From an uncultured archaeon (GTDB taxonomy: Archaea > Asgardarchaeota > Thorarchaeia > Thorarchaeales > Thorarchaeaceae): a stretch of DNA of 64,000 nt. The notes under the pieces were generated by a model. It saw only the letters and a program-made list of their open reading frames with translations. It had not been told where the DNA came from and did not search any database. The stretch spans positions 32,001 through 96,000 of the forward strand of contig CAZLEV010000013.1 in NCBI GenBank assembly GCA_964558645.1. The letters run 5' to 3'. Both the position numbers and the translations under genes were made by a program. This document shows positions 48,335 to 58,412 of the stretch, one piece after another. Within the stretch, counting starts at the first letter, position 1. The number at the start of each line of letters is the position of its first letter.

Positions 48335-50116
48335 ATGGTGAGGCGGATGCGTATCGACGAGCTACGAGAGAAGTATCTTGAATTTTTCAAGCAGAAGGAG
48401 CATGCCATAATTCCATCAGCATCGCTCATTCCTGAACACGATCCGACGGTACTCTTCACTACTGCCGGCATGCATCCCCTTGTGCCCTATTTGCTTGGGC
48501 AGAAACACCCCATGGGAAGACGGCTTGCAAACTGTCAGAAATGTATCAGAACAACCGATATAGAAGAAGTAGGTGACCCAAGTCATCTCACCTTCTTTGA
48601 GATGTTGGGAAACTGGAGCTTGGGGGATTATTGGAAAGAAGAAACCATCAGATGGAGTTTCGAGTTCATGACCTCTGAGGAATGGCTTGGTCTTGACCCT
48701 CAGAAACTGTCTGTCACTCTTTTCGCCGGTGATGACGATGCTCCAAGAGATGAGGAATCAGCTAGAATATGGAAAGAGATGGGAGTCCCTGAAGAGAGAA
48801 TATACTTCCTTCCGAAGAAGGACAACTGGTGGGGTCCAGCAGGCATCACCGGCCCATGTGGGCCGTGTACTGAGATGTTCATGGAAGTTGATGATGTGCC
48901 AAAGTGCGGCCCCAAGTGCATGCCCGGGTGTAACTGTGGCCATTACTTCGAGATTTGGAACGATGTGTTTATGGAATACAACAAGGAACAGGACGGATCC
49001 TATTCGAAACTAGAACAGAGGAACGTTGACACGGGGATGGGAGTGGAGAGAACCGCGGCTATGCTACAAGGGGTCTCAACAGTATACGAGTTGGAGAACT
49101 TTACCCCGATAGTAGACAAGATCAAAGATCTCTCTCAGAGAGAGCTGGATGAATCGGATGAACATGAGGTCCGTGTTGTAGCAGACCATGTGAAAGCCGC
49201 GACCATGATAATGGCCGATGATAGAAGGATAGCGCCTTCAAACACTGAACACGGCTATGTCGTTCGTCGATTGCTCCGAAGGGCGATATTGAGCGCAGAC
49301 CGACTAGAACTAGGACAGGGGTTCATGGAAGATATAGCACAGATGGTCATTGATGTGTACAAAGATATCTACGAAGAGGTTGAACGAAATCGCGAGTTCG
49401 TTATGGAGAACCTAAGACGAGAGGAGAAGAAGTTCAAGCGAACCTTGCGACGAGCACTAAGAAAACTTGAAAGAGTTCTCGATGATACCGGAGATATAAC
49501 AGGCGAGGATGCTTTCTTGCTGTTCACCAGCTATGGCTTACCTATTGAGATTACAAGAGAGATCGCCCAGGAACGTGGCCTCAAGATAGACATGGATGAG
49601 TTCAGAGAGGAGTTCGAGCATCATAGAGAGGTATCTCGTGCTGAGAGTCAAGGGAAATTCAAAGGAGGGCTTGCTGACCACAGTGAAGCAATCACCAAGC
49701 TGCATACGGCCACGCACCTTCTACAGGAGGCTCTTCGCAGAGTACTAGGGAACACTGTGAAGCAGATGGGTAGCAATATCACAAAGGAGAGACTGAGATT
49801 CGACTTCAGCTTTAATCGGAAGCTTACACCAGAGGAGATTGAGAGTGTAGAGAAGTTGGTGAATGATGTCATAGAGAGAGACCTGAAAGTGAAACAGCAA
49901 TTCATGTCATATGATGAGGCGATTGAGAGGGGAGCCCTCGCCTTCTTCAAAGAGAACTACGGAGATGAGGTCTCCGTTTACTCTGTTGGCGACTTCAGTA
50001 TGGAACTCTGTGGAGGACCACATGTGGATCACACTGGGGTTCTTGCTCGATTCAAAATCAAGAAGCAAGAGAACATTGGCTCAGGGGTAATGAGGATCAG
50101 AGCTGTCTTGGAATAA
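48335..50116 (+). CDS. alaS: Alanine--tRNA ligase (short form, no C-Ala domain)
   Basis: LFTTAGM, HLTFFEMLGNWS, GPCGPCTE, DTGMGVER, editing HTATH...ELCGGPH, ends at GVMRIRAV. Confidence 0.95.
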   Translation: MVRRMRIDELREKYLEFFKQKEHAIIPSASLIPEHDPTVLFTTAGMHPLVPYLLGQKHPMGRRLANCQKCIRTTDIEEVGDPSHLTFFEMLGNWSLGDYWKEETIRWSFEFMTSEEWLGLDPQKLSVTLFAGDDDAPRDEESARIWKEMGVPEERIYFLPKKDNWWGPAGITGPCGPCTEMFMEVDDVPKCGPKCMPGCNCGHYFEIWNDVFMEYNKEQDGSYSKLEQRNVDTGMGVERTAAMLQGVSTVYELENFTPIVDKIKDLSQRELDESDEHEVRVVADHVKAATMIMADDRRIAPSNTEHGYVVRRLLRRAILSADRLELGQGFMEDIAQMVIDVYKDIYEEVERNREFVMENLRREEKKFKRTLRRALRKLERVLDDTGDITGEDAFLLFTSYGLPIEITREIAQERGLKIDMDEFREEFEHHREVSRAESQGKFKGGLADHSEAITKLHTATHLLQEALRRVLGNTVKQMGSNITKERLRFDFSFNRKLTPEEIESVEKLVNDVIERDLKVKQQFMSYDEAIERGALAFFKENYGDEVSVYSVGDFSMELCGGPHVDHTGVLARFKIKKQENIGSGVMRIRAVLE

Positions 50117-50191
50117 GAGGATCGGAACGAACGCAAGTCATATCTGGCAGCAGGATATAGAGCAGATAATCATTGACATTATTGGAAGCGG

Positions 50192-50857
50192 ATGATCATG
50201 GGCACTTTCTCGCGCATATTTGGGTTGGGTGACAAAGAACTACAGGAGAAAGCGGAGAAACTTCTTCTTAGTCTCAGTAAGCTACTCCAGAAGGCATGTG
50301 CAAAATTGCATGCACAGGTCGAGTGCTGGGCTGATGGCGATGAGGAGAAGGTAAGAGAGATTGCTGATGAAATAATCCAGATAGAACGAAAAGCGGATGA
50401 CACCAAAGACTCTCTAATCAACAGCGTCTTCGCTAAGCATGCATATCTTCCTCAACAAACACAGGAACGGTATGACCTTATCACCATGATGGACCATGTG
50501 ATTGATGCAGCAGAAGAAGGAGCTCGAAGCATTCTTGCGGGTCTTCACAAGAAACCTCCGGAGGAGATTGTGACTATATCTGAGAAGTGTTGGAATTGTA
50601 CAGATATGCTGCAGGATGCTATAAAATATATATTCACTGACTTTGAGGAGTCCATCAGATACTCACGGAAAATCGAAGATATCAGAGAAGAGGCACGAGA
50701 TGCAAGATTCAACCTCATCGGGAAGATATGCACGGATGACTACGGACCGATTGATGCGATGTACTATCAGCTGGTCTCAACAGAAATACTCGAAGTAGCA
50801 ATCCGAGCAGAGGAGACCGCGGATCTCATTCGAGCAATTGCTGTCAGGTACGTTTAG
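50192..50857 (+). CDS. DUF47 / PhoU-like phosphate transport regulator
   Basis: IERKADD helical-repeat motif; adjacent to PiT. Confidence 0.82.
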   Translation: MIMGTFSRIFGLGDKELQEKAEKLLLSLSKLLQKACAKLHAQVECWADGDEEKVREIADEIIQIERKADDTKDSLINSVFAKHAYLPQQTQERYDLITMMDHVIDAAEEGARSILAGLHKKPPEEIVTISEKCWNCTDMLQDAIKYIFTDFEESIRYSRKIEDIREEARDARFNLIGKICTDDYGPIDAMYYQLVSTEILEVAIRAEETADLIRAIAVRYV

Positions 50858-50874
50858 TCGGAGGAAAGACTCCA

Positions 50875-51903
50875 TTGGACATCTTCCTCCTATCTTTGCT
50901 GCTCGTCATAGGTTTTCTCGTTGCATTCGCTGTGGGAAGTAACGACGAAACCATGAGCCCCGCCGTTGGTGCAAGAGTCTTCACCATCAATGCCGCGGTT
51001 GCCATTGGGGGAGCAATCAACATAGTTGGTGCGCTTACGCTTGGAAGCAACGTATCAGAACGGGTCGCCTCAGACATAGCAAGCGGAAGTCCACTCACAC
51101 TGGCAATGGCCTTTGCTGTTCTTCTCTCTATGGCAACATGGCTTCTTGTTGCATCTATCACTCGCGGGCTGCCAATCAGCACAACACAGAGTGTTGTTGG
51201 ATCTGTGATCGGTGTGGTTGCCATAGGACCGTTCTTGGGCCTGACCAACGCCGAATCGTATCTGGTAGACTGGGTAGTTGTCAGCCAGATATTCTTGGGC
51301 TGGATCATATCACCTGCAATCGGCTTCATCATCAGTGGGTTGGTCTACGCTGGAGTCAGGAGGTTGCAGAAGAGCGCAACTGGGCTGACATCGAGAGAGG
51401 AACAGGAGAGAATCGCAGCTTATGGTTTGGCTGTATTCCTGATCATAACATCATTGAGCAGAGGTGGGAATGACGTTGCCAATGCGGTAGCTCCTCTTAT
51501 TGGATTGCCGGATTTTCAGGGTGTAACGGCTCTTGGCCCATTTGTCATCCCGATCGGATATGTCCCACTTTTCGTTGGAGGGATTGGGATGGCACTGGGA
51601 CTGACAGTAGTCGGACGACGAGTTCTCAAGACTCTTGCAACAGAGGTTGTTACTCTTTCACCCACATCGGCCTTATCAGCGAGCATCGCGACGAGTACGG
51701 TGATGTTTGTTGGTACCTGGTTGGGCTTCCCCTTGAGTGGCACCCATGTTCTCGTTGCGGCACTTGTCGCAGTAGGATGGATATCTCGCGAACCAGTCAA
51801 GAAGCGCCAGATTAGAAACATCGTTATTTCATGGATTGTGACCGTACCTGTTTCCGCGATTCTTGCTATAGGTGTGTTTGCAGTAGTTCGACCTTTCTTC
51901 TAG
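50875..51903 (+). CDS. Inorganic phosphate transporter (PiT family)
   Basis: GSND, GLPISTT, GGNDVANA, GFPLSGTH. Confidence 0.9.
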   Translation: MDIFLLSLLLVIGFLVAFAVGSNDETMSPAVGARVFTINAAVAIGGAINIVGALTLGSNVSERVASDIASGSPLTLAMAFAVLLSMATWLLVASITRGLPISTTQSVVGSVIGVVAIGPFLGLTNAESYLVDWVVVSQIFLGWIISPAIGFIISGLVYAGVRRLQKSATGLTSREEQERIAAYGLAVFLIITSLSRGGNDVANAVAPLIGLPDFQGVTALGPFVIPIGYVPLFVGGIGMALGLTVVGRRVLKTLATEVVTLSPTSALSASIATSTVMFVGTWLGFPLSGTHVLVAALVAVGWISREPVKKRQIRNIVISWIVTVPVSAILAIGVFAVVRPFF

Positions 51904-52793
51904 GCCACAGTGTTATACAGTTCAAAGAAGGCGTCAGGGCCGTCTACTATGGTCTGAACCAGAGCCCTTCTCCCGAGTTTTTCATCAATACGCATGGCCA
52001 TATGAGCCCCTGCAATGTACCAGAGCCGACGGTTTCGACCAGACATGTCTTCTAGTACCTCCATATCATTGGAAACAAGTGGGCGCTGGCCCTCCTGTTC
52101 GAGATTCTTGACCGTAGCAGAGTATTCCGCCACCCGCTGTTCACGCAGTGATGTATCAAGGAGTACTCGATAGTCTGTGTTCCCCAAGACTCCGGACTCG
52201 ATACGCCTCTCAAGAGGAGCATGTACTGCAAGCCCCTCAAGATGAGTGGCATAACGAATGACTTCAAGAAGGTCAGCGATTGTCTTCACCTCTTCCATTT
52301 TGAATATAGGATTATAGCGGGTGAATCCAACATGGTGAATCTCGTGCATGGCCATGAACGGTATCTCACGTGGATCCTTCTGAAAACAAGAGTGTGCAAA
52401 ATTCACAATGGCCGAACCTTCGGAAACTATTCCGATATCGTAGCCAATTATCGCATATAGAACAGTTTCAAGGTCACATCCATCAGGGAGATACATCTCG
52501 AGCTCACTGAAGAGGTCTTCGTACACATCCCGGTTTTGCCTCAGATGACTAAGCGAGCTCTCTGCAGCCCGGAGTGTTTCAAGACTCTGACTGCGTTTGG
52601 TTTCAAGAATACTTTCCCAGAAGCTTCGGATTGTCTGCGTTGTGTTCTCAAATCGTATCGCATGATTGTACGTCTTGATTGCTGCCGGATGTCGGATGAT
52701 GGCATCTAAGAGGCCCGAATTGACACCACGAACGTAGGCTAGTAGATCGTCCAGGAGCGAGATGTCTATCTCCACGTGGACGGATGCGACCAA
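51900..52793 (-). CDS. Putative Zn-dependent protease (DUF5700-like)
   Basis: HEIHH...EGLA gluzincin-like motif. Confidence 0.65.
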   Translation of the reverse strand: MVASVHVEIDISLLDDLLAYVRGVNSGLLDAIIRHPAAIKTYNHAIRFENTTQTIRSFWESILETKRSQSLETLRAAESSLSHLRQNRDVYEDLFSELEMYLPDGCDLETVLYAIIGYDIGIVSEGSAIVNFAHSCFQKDPREIPFMAMHEIHHVGFTRYNPIFKMEEVKTIADLLEVIRYATHLEGLAVHAPLERRIESGVLGNTDYRVLLDTSLREQRVAEYSATVKNLEQEGQRPLVSNDMEVLEDMSGRNRRLWYIAGAHMAMRIDEKLGRRALVQTIVDGPDAFFELYNTVA

Positions 52794-52800
52794 TACACAG

Positions 52801-53553
52801 TCACTCCCGCTGAGTCCAGCCCTCTACTTTGGGGATTCGATGGATCAACAACGACTCTTTTGCGAGAGTTCCGAGTTCCTTGGCTTCAGACTCAGTGAGA
52901 TGCACACGGGGTTCTGAAGGCGATTCCTCACCAAGGGTGGCCTCGATGATGGCAAGGTCAACATCGCGGACAATCTCTTTTGCCGCGTCGCACATACGAG
53001 TGTCGCCCGTGTATCCAATTTCGGTCTGACCAATCCGGACTCTATAACCCAGAGCCGGCATAAGCCTATCCTCTCCCGAAACATTCTCCATACCGAAGTG
53101 CTCGACTTCTTCTGCTCTCACCTTGAAGAAGTCAGTATCAAATCCTAATCCGTGGCCCACTTCATGACAGAAGGTACGGAAGGGCATCGATTCCCGATGA
53201 CATCTTCGATACTCAGCAATCAGGTTATGTGCCTCAACACATCCACTGGGAATAAGGATGTTCAGGGTCCTCTTTCGCTGCATCATTCTCATGAACCCGA
53301 TTAGTGAATAGAGACCGCCAATGTGATCGAAATGTCCATGGGTTATGGCAATAAGATCCGTTTCATTCACAAAGTTGGGTCCCTCTGTTGCCAGCAAATC
53401 CCTCAAGGCACCGTCCCCAGTGTCCATGAGCATAAGCTTTCCCGTGAACTTGGAAAAGACTCTGATTGTCGTACTGACACCGGCTGCGCTATAAGGAATC
53501 TCTACTCTGACTTCATCATTCTCCCATCCGTATGAAAACCGGGATTCACTCAT
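52801..53553 (-). CDS. MBL-fold metallo-hydrolase (RNase Z-like)
   Basis: DTGDG, THGHFDH, YTGDT, EAT, H motifs. Confidence 0.82.
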   Translation of the reverse strand: MSESRFSYGWENDEVRVEIPYSAAGVSTTIRVFSKFTGKLMLMDTGDGALRDLLATEGPNFVNETDLIAITHGHFDHIGGLYSLIGFMRMMQRKRTLNILIPSGCVEAHNLIAEYRRCHRESMPFRTFCHEVGHGLGFDTDFFKVRAEEVEHFGMENVSGEDRLMPALGYRVRIGQTEIGYTGDTRMCDAAKEIVRDVDLAIIEATLGEESPSEPRVHLTESEAKELGTLAKESLLIHRIPKVEGWTQRE

Positions 53554-53832
53554 AATGATTCACCACCAACTGACGGCCCAACCTAGATGATAGGTCTTTG
53601 CCTACACTAGATGAGGAGGTAAGGAGAGAAAAATGTCACGTTCTTGTGATTTCAGAGGGCTGCTAGTTAGCAGGCTCTTGTAAGGACAACATGACCATAA
53701 CATGTCCATAACTTAATCATCCAAAACGACAGGGCAGCAGCACTTCCGAGCGATCCTCAATCAAAGAAAGTAGGAGAGCGGGACCTGACAAATGAGCTTC
53801 TGCAACCCATGACGGCCCCGAACATCTCCAAA

Positions 53833-55056
53833 CTAATCATATCCCAACTTGGGCATTCTTGCAAGAAAGTTCATGCAATACCCAATCAGGACAGATACCA
53901 CAAGCCCCATTGCGGTTGTGAGGAGGACATCTACCCAAGAGGGAATTGCACCGCTGATCAGTTGCATCCAGCTCCAATAGGTTCCGGCCAAGGTCATGCC
54001 AGAAAATGCAACTTTCTTCAAGGGTACTTTGACGCTCTTCGTCTGGAAGACACCCATCTCCGTGAGAGCTGCAGCAAGCGCACCGGCCTTATCGGGCTTG
54101 AGCTTTAGACGTTTGGCGAACTTGCCAACAGGTACCTTGGAGCCGTACGGTACGGCCTTTAGAGCCTTTGGAGCATACTTACCTATGTCTTTCGAGAAGA
54201 AGTCAGTCGCCTCTGATGCCCGAAGACTGCATTTAGAGCAATTGTCTGAGTCTTCCTTCCACTTCTTGCCACAGCGTGGACAGCGAGTCTTGTCCCACGA
54301 CTTGCTGGCGGCTTGGGCCACTCGCCTTACAAGTTCCTCTTTCTCTATCTTCTCTGAGCCATCCTTCTTGTGCCTGCGGAGGACCACCGCACGTGGAAAG
54401 ATTCCAATGCCTGATGCACTGCCCGCACGACGTACCTTACTTGCCGCAATAATACCCTGTTGGAAATCATCAAGCGCCATGAGAAGACCAAATACTGACA
54501 TGAGCGTGAAGCCAACTGTGAGAAGACCTGTTACCGAATAGACAACTCCGAATCCTGTTCCTCCGAGCCGTAGGATGAAGAAATCGGATACCGTGACATT
54601 GGTGTCAGGGCTGCTGGATAAGGCGTATACAAATGAAAACGTGCCATTGATTATCCCCGTGACTAGAGGTAGACCTCCAACACTCAAAAGGGATCCCAAT
54701 GGCAGGGATTCATTCATCAGTTCTTGAGTTGTACCCGAGGAGACGGGAACACCAAATGGAAAAGCCTGGTCAATAATGGGAAAGCCTAGGTATTGCATCA
54801 CGAAAGCACCGGACTTCAGAATGATGTCAGCTCCAGTATCAATTCGAAGCTCTATGCTGAGGTCAGCATCTACTCCCACTTCTATGGGATTCTCTGCATC
54901 AGAGTCTGCAATCGATATTCCATTAATCTCCATCTGAAATGCAAGATTTCCATCTCCACTCCATCCCGGGGGTTGAGCGTCTATCGGGGTAAGGAGTGCA
55001 GACCACATGAAGAGGGTCATCATAACGAGGGCTGCTAGCGGTAGATTACGCTTCAT
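53833..55056 (-). CDS. Membrane protein with extracellular domain and cytoplasmic zinc ribbon
   Basis: Signal peptide, TM, CPRCG..CSKC, two C-terminal TMs. Confidence 0.72.
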   Translation of the reverse strand: MKRNLPLAALVMMTLFMWSALLTPIDAQPPGWSGDGNLAFQMEINGISIADSDAENPIEVGVDADLSIELRIDTGADIILKSGAFVMQYLGFPIIDQAFPFGVPVSSGTTQELMNESLPLGSLLSVGGLPLVTGIINGTFSFVYALSSSPDTNVTVSDFFILRLGGTGFGVVYSVTGLLTVGFTLMSVFGLLMALDDFQQGIIAASKVRRAGSASGIGIFPRAVVLRRHKKDGSEKIEKEELVRRVAQAASKSWDKTRCPRCGKKWKEDSDNCSKCSLRASEATDFFSKDIGKYAPKALKAVPYGSKVPVGKFAKRLKLKPDKAGALAAALTEMGVFQTKSVKVPLKKVAFSGMTLAGTYWSWMQLISGAIPSWVDVLLTTAMGLVVSVLIGYCMNFLARMPKLGYD

Positions 55057-55147
55057 CGTTTCTCATTCCTAGAGTTGTCTGAATGAATATCTGCAGTATC
55101 GCTTTAATTCATTGTGTGAGCTTATATGCGAATTCTCGGGCGTCAAG

Positions 55148-55513
55148 TCATCTCTTTCCCAGTGCCTCATCTATCTGTCTGTCGAACTCTTCGTCGTCAT
55201 CTGGGTCGAAGAACACATAGCGGGTTGATCCACTCTCTCCAGCAGGAACCCAGTTAGATGCAGCGCCAACTATAGTACCCCCGATACAAGATAGAATCTG
55301 TAGACCAAAGAAGTAGGTGCCTGTCACTGTCGTGAAAGCAACAAGAAATAGTCCCAGAATCAACCCGCCTATGAAACCGAATGACACGATTATTGCTATC
55401 CTGTTTCTAACACCGAGTTGGCCCTGTCCTGCAATGACGTAACCAGAACCCAGTCCGACCAAGAGAGAGGGAACAAGGAATATCATGAGAAGGGGGTCTA
55501 GTGTATACTGCAA
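55148..55513 (-). CDS. Small membrane protein
   Basis: Three Gly-rich TM helices, acidic tail; start uncertain. Confidence 0.65.
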   Translation of the reverse strand: MQYTLDPLLMIFLVPSLLVGLGSGYVIAGQGQLGVRNRIAIIVSFGFIGGLILGLFLVAFTTVTGTYFFGLQILSCIGGTIVGAASNWVPAGESGSTRYVFFDPDDDEEFDRQIDEALGKR

Positions 55514-55590
55514 CTGGATGCACCAATATCATTGATAGCAGTGCCACATTAGAGCATTGTGGAGGTGTCGCTGTGTTGCGGCATGCCGAA

Positions 55591-56139
55591 CTACCACTTG
55601 TTCCAGTGGACAATATCATCAGAGGGGCGACGGCTTGTGCGAGTGGTTTCCTTCTCTCGTGTCTCTTCATCAAGGCTGTCCAAGTCCGCTCGGTAACCGA
55701 AGAAGACTACAGTCACGATACGGTACTCGTCAGGTATGCCTACTGCTACTTTGAGTCCGTCTTCGTCCCATCCTGCAGTTGGATGGCCCATCAGACCAAT
55801 GTGAACCGCCTGAAGAAGCATGTTTTGAACAGCCAGTCCTACATCCATCATGAAGTAGGGTAGGCCGTGGGAGGGGCAACCTGCGTCTTCCTTTGCAGCA
55901 ACAATTACCATCACAGGAGCCACCTTCGCCCAAGCGTTCCCACGACTTAGATGTTCATGACCTTCTTCCAATGCAGCTTCGTCTTTGAGTACTACAAAGT
56001 TCCATGCTTGAGTATTTGAACACGAAGGAGCCCATCGCCCTGCTTCAAGTATGGACTTGATGGCTTCATCACCGACAGGTTTCTCAGAATAGGCTCTGCC
56101 GCTGTGGCGTTTCATAATCTCCTCTAGTATCTCTACCAA
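55591..56139 (-). CDS. Nitroreductase family protein
   Basis: RHSGRAY, APSCSNTQAW, DVGLAVQNMLL; TTG start 56139 preferred. Confidence 0.88.
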   Translation of the reverse strand: MVEILEEIMKRHSGRAYSEKPVGDEAIKSILEAGRWAPSCSNTQAWNFVVLKDEAALEEGHEHLSRGNAWAKVAPVMVIVAAKEDAGCPSHGLPYFMMDVGLAVQNMLLQAVHIGLMGHPTAGWDEDGLKVAVGIPDEYRIVTVVFFGYRADLDSLDEETREKETTRTSRRPSDDIVHWNKW

Positions 56140-56179
56140 TGGGATCTCTCCATTTTCTCGTTGATACACTTGGGACCAA

Positions 56180-56347
56180 TCAGTCTTTTAATAACATGGT
56201 CTGACCGCAGTGACTGGGCATATCCTGATGCCCGCAGGTCTTGCCCATCCAGCAGACCAGTTGGTCACCTTCTTGATGCATCTCTTTACCACAATGGACA
56301 GGAACAGACACTTCTTTCCCACACAGTTCACAAACAAGTTTAGCCAT
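56180..56347 (-). CDS. 55-aa double desulforedoxin-like metal-binding protein (below ORF-track cutoff)
   Basis: MAKLVCELCGKEVSVPVHCGKEMHQEGDQLVCWMGKTCGHQDMPSHCGQTMLLKD; GAGGTG SD upstream. Confidence 0.8.
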   Translation of the reverse strand: MAKLVCELCGKEVSVPVHCGKEMHQEGDQLVCWMGKTCGHQDMPSHCGQTMLLKD

Positions 56348-56445
56348 TTGATTCTACACCTCAGTCCTACAACTGGTGTTTAACAATCGTGAATGATTCC
56401 CTTATGAATGTGTTCTTAGGGGAGGCTTGCAGAGAGCCGTAGGCT

Positions 56446-56856
56446 CTACTTGAAATCGCCTAGTCGATTCTCACCGGTTATCTCCTGAAGAGGAGTGAGA
56501 TTCAGAGTTGCTTCCAGAGTGCCAAGATACTTTCCATCGTTATCTCGAATCGCAAAATACCTGATGAGGAGCTTCCGCGGTTCTCCTTCCGCCGGTAAGT
56601 CGATCCAGAAATCGACATGGTCCTTCTCTCCCGAACGGAGAGACTCAATCACCTCCAGGACCTTGTCCAGCGACTTTTTGGGATGACAATTACGTACATC
56701 CTTCCCAAGTACCCCATATCCACGACGGAAGATGCGGGTTTCGTGCTGATTCCAGAATCGCACCTTATCGTCAGCATCGATGACTGAGAACTCCATCGGG
56801 AAGGCGTCAAGCATTGCCGCCAAGAACTCATCATCCATCTTCTTAAGAGCGTCCAA
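56446..56856 (-). CDS. Stand-alone PAS domain protein (PAS_10-like)
   Basis: LDAFPMEFSVIDADD.VRFWN, GKDVRNCHP, GKYLGTLE. Confidence 0.83.
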   Translation of the reverse strand: MDALKKMDDEFLAAMLDAFPMEFSVIDADDKVRFWNQHETRIFRRGYGVLGKDVRNCHPKKSLDKVLEVIESLRSGEKDHVDFWIDLPAEGEPRKLLIRYFAIRDNDGKYLGTLEATLNLTPLQEITGENRLGDFK

Positions 56857-57139
56857 GAGAGGATCGTTGTCGTTCAGTTACGTTCACCAAGACTGCTGCT
56901 GACTGTATTGCGTCATAAGTGTTGTGCGATGAATGGAAAGGTAAGTGCAGGAGCGTCCGATGCGGGATATCCGCAACATCTTGCCTATCGGAGGAGATGT
57001 GTCATTTTCTCAAGACACCTTACGAAACTCAGATACTGGCCAATGAAGCAGTAGGATTATTAAGCGAGTTGTTCACCCTATCCAACCGCTGGTTGACGAT
57101 ACCATGCAGCCCACACGCACGCCACCAGACGGAGGAACC

Positions 57140-57808
57140 TTGGTGGTCGAAGTAACGCTGCTCTGCAAATCTCGAGAGGGTAGTGCAGAGGAGATTCGCC
57201 TTTCTGATGACATACGCGAATTGAATCTCTCGTATCGGAGGATATCCGAGATAGACCTTCGCCCTCTGGCCAAATGTCAGAATCTTGAAATTCTTGACCT
57301 GTCAGACAATCTCATCAGCGAGATAAATCTCTGGCCTTTGATGAAATGCAAGCAGCTGAAACAACTAAGACTGTGCCGTAATAGATTCAAACGAATCGAT
57401 GTCACACCGCTTTTGGACATTCCGCAGTTAAGAACCATTGATATAGATGATACAGTCGAGATTGTAGCGAACTACGACATGCGCACGAGGAGGATAAAGG
57501 GGATATCTCTCGAGGAGCTCCGAAGCAAGCATCCATTGAGATGGCGATTCGACTCGGAGACAATGGATCCATTGATTGAAGTGGAGAGAGTTCGAAACAA
57601 GCTCTTCACCGAGCTGAATGAAATCTACTGTAGCCCCGATAATCGCCAAGTTATCCATGCAGAGATGATGTGCAGACTGCAATCGGCCTTAGAAGACGCC
57701 CTTGTCCATGAGATTGCCAACGCGGAAAGAGCTGAAAACTACAAGAAACTGTATGTTCTCCAGAGAGGCCTAGAATACATAAAGCATAACACCCCAGCTG
57801 CCATATAG
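57140..57808 (+). CDS. Leucine-rich repeat protein
   Basis: LNLSYRRISEIDLRPL / LDLSDNLISEINLWPL / LRLCRNRFKRIDVTPL repeats; start after GGAGG. Confidence 0.82.
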   Translation: MVVEVTLLCKSREGSAEEIRLSDDIRELNLSYRRISEIDLRPLAKCQNLEILDLSDNLISEINLWPLMKCKQLKQLRLCRNRFKRIDVTPLLDIPQLRTIDIDDTVEIVANYDMRTRRIKGISLEELRSKHPLRWRFDSETMDPLIEVERVRNKLFTELNEIYCSPDNRQVIHAEMMCRLQSALEDALVHEIANAERAENYKKLYVLQRGLEYIKHNTPAAI

Positions 57809-57857
57809 GTATCTTGGCTAAGCAAGAGATGGATTGTTGTCCATCTGACTTCGATCT

Positions 57858-58397
57858 ATGCTGAATGGTGAAGGCACGTCTGGAGGACACGTTGGTTTGG
57901 ACCAGATTATTCTACGCTACAAGACCACGACCGGACTGGAGAAGATGACCCGTATAAGAACAGATGAGTCACACATCAACTTGGAAGTACGGGACATCCA
58001 GACCATCGACTTGCTACCTCTAATCTGGTGCGGAAATCTGGAGGGATTAAGCCTCAGCTATAACGCACTCGAAGAAATAGACCTTTCACCACTCAATCGA
58101 TGTCCTAATCTGCAGGGACTCTGGCTAAGTCATAATAGGCTGAAGGTTGTCGATTTCTCCCCACTTGCTAAGTGCTCTCAGCTCGAGGAGGTCTGCCTTC
58201 AGAACAATGATATCAAGAGACTGGATGTTTCCGGGCTCTTCAATTGTCGCAATCTCCAAGTTCTAAGGTTGGATGAAGATGTGACCCTGACCGCTGATGT
58301 CTTTCTCAAGTCGATCGGAAACTGGCCAGACCTGCTTGTGAAGTACTACGACAAGATACTCTGGCGCTCAAATGTGGATTGGGGAAGACTGAAGTAA
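57858..58397 (+). CDS. Leucine-rich repeat protein (paralog)
   Basis: LSLSYNALEEIDLSPL / LWLSHNRLKVVDFSPL / LQNNDIKRLDVSGL repeats. Confidence 0.85.
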   Translation: MLNGEGTSGGHVGLDQIILRYKTTTGLEKMTRIRTDESHINLEVRDIQTIDLLPLIWCGNLEGLSLSYNALEEIDLSPLNRCPNLQGLWLSHNRLKVVDFSPLAKCSQLEEVCLQNNDIKRLDVSGLFNCRNLQVLRLDEDVTLTADVFLKSIGNWPDLLVKYYDKILWRSNVDWGRLK

Positions 58398-58412
58398 TTC
58401 GGCATGCTAGGA

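Noticed and set aside
53633-53683. 16-aa ORF MSRSCDFRGLLVSRLL after GAGGAGGT
   Set aside because: Single copy, long SD spacing and no supporting conservation.
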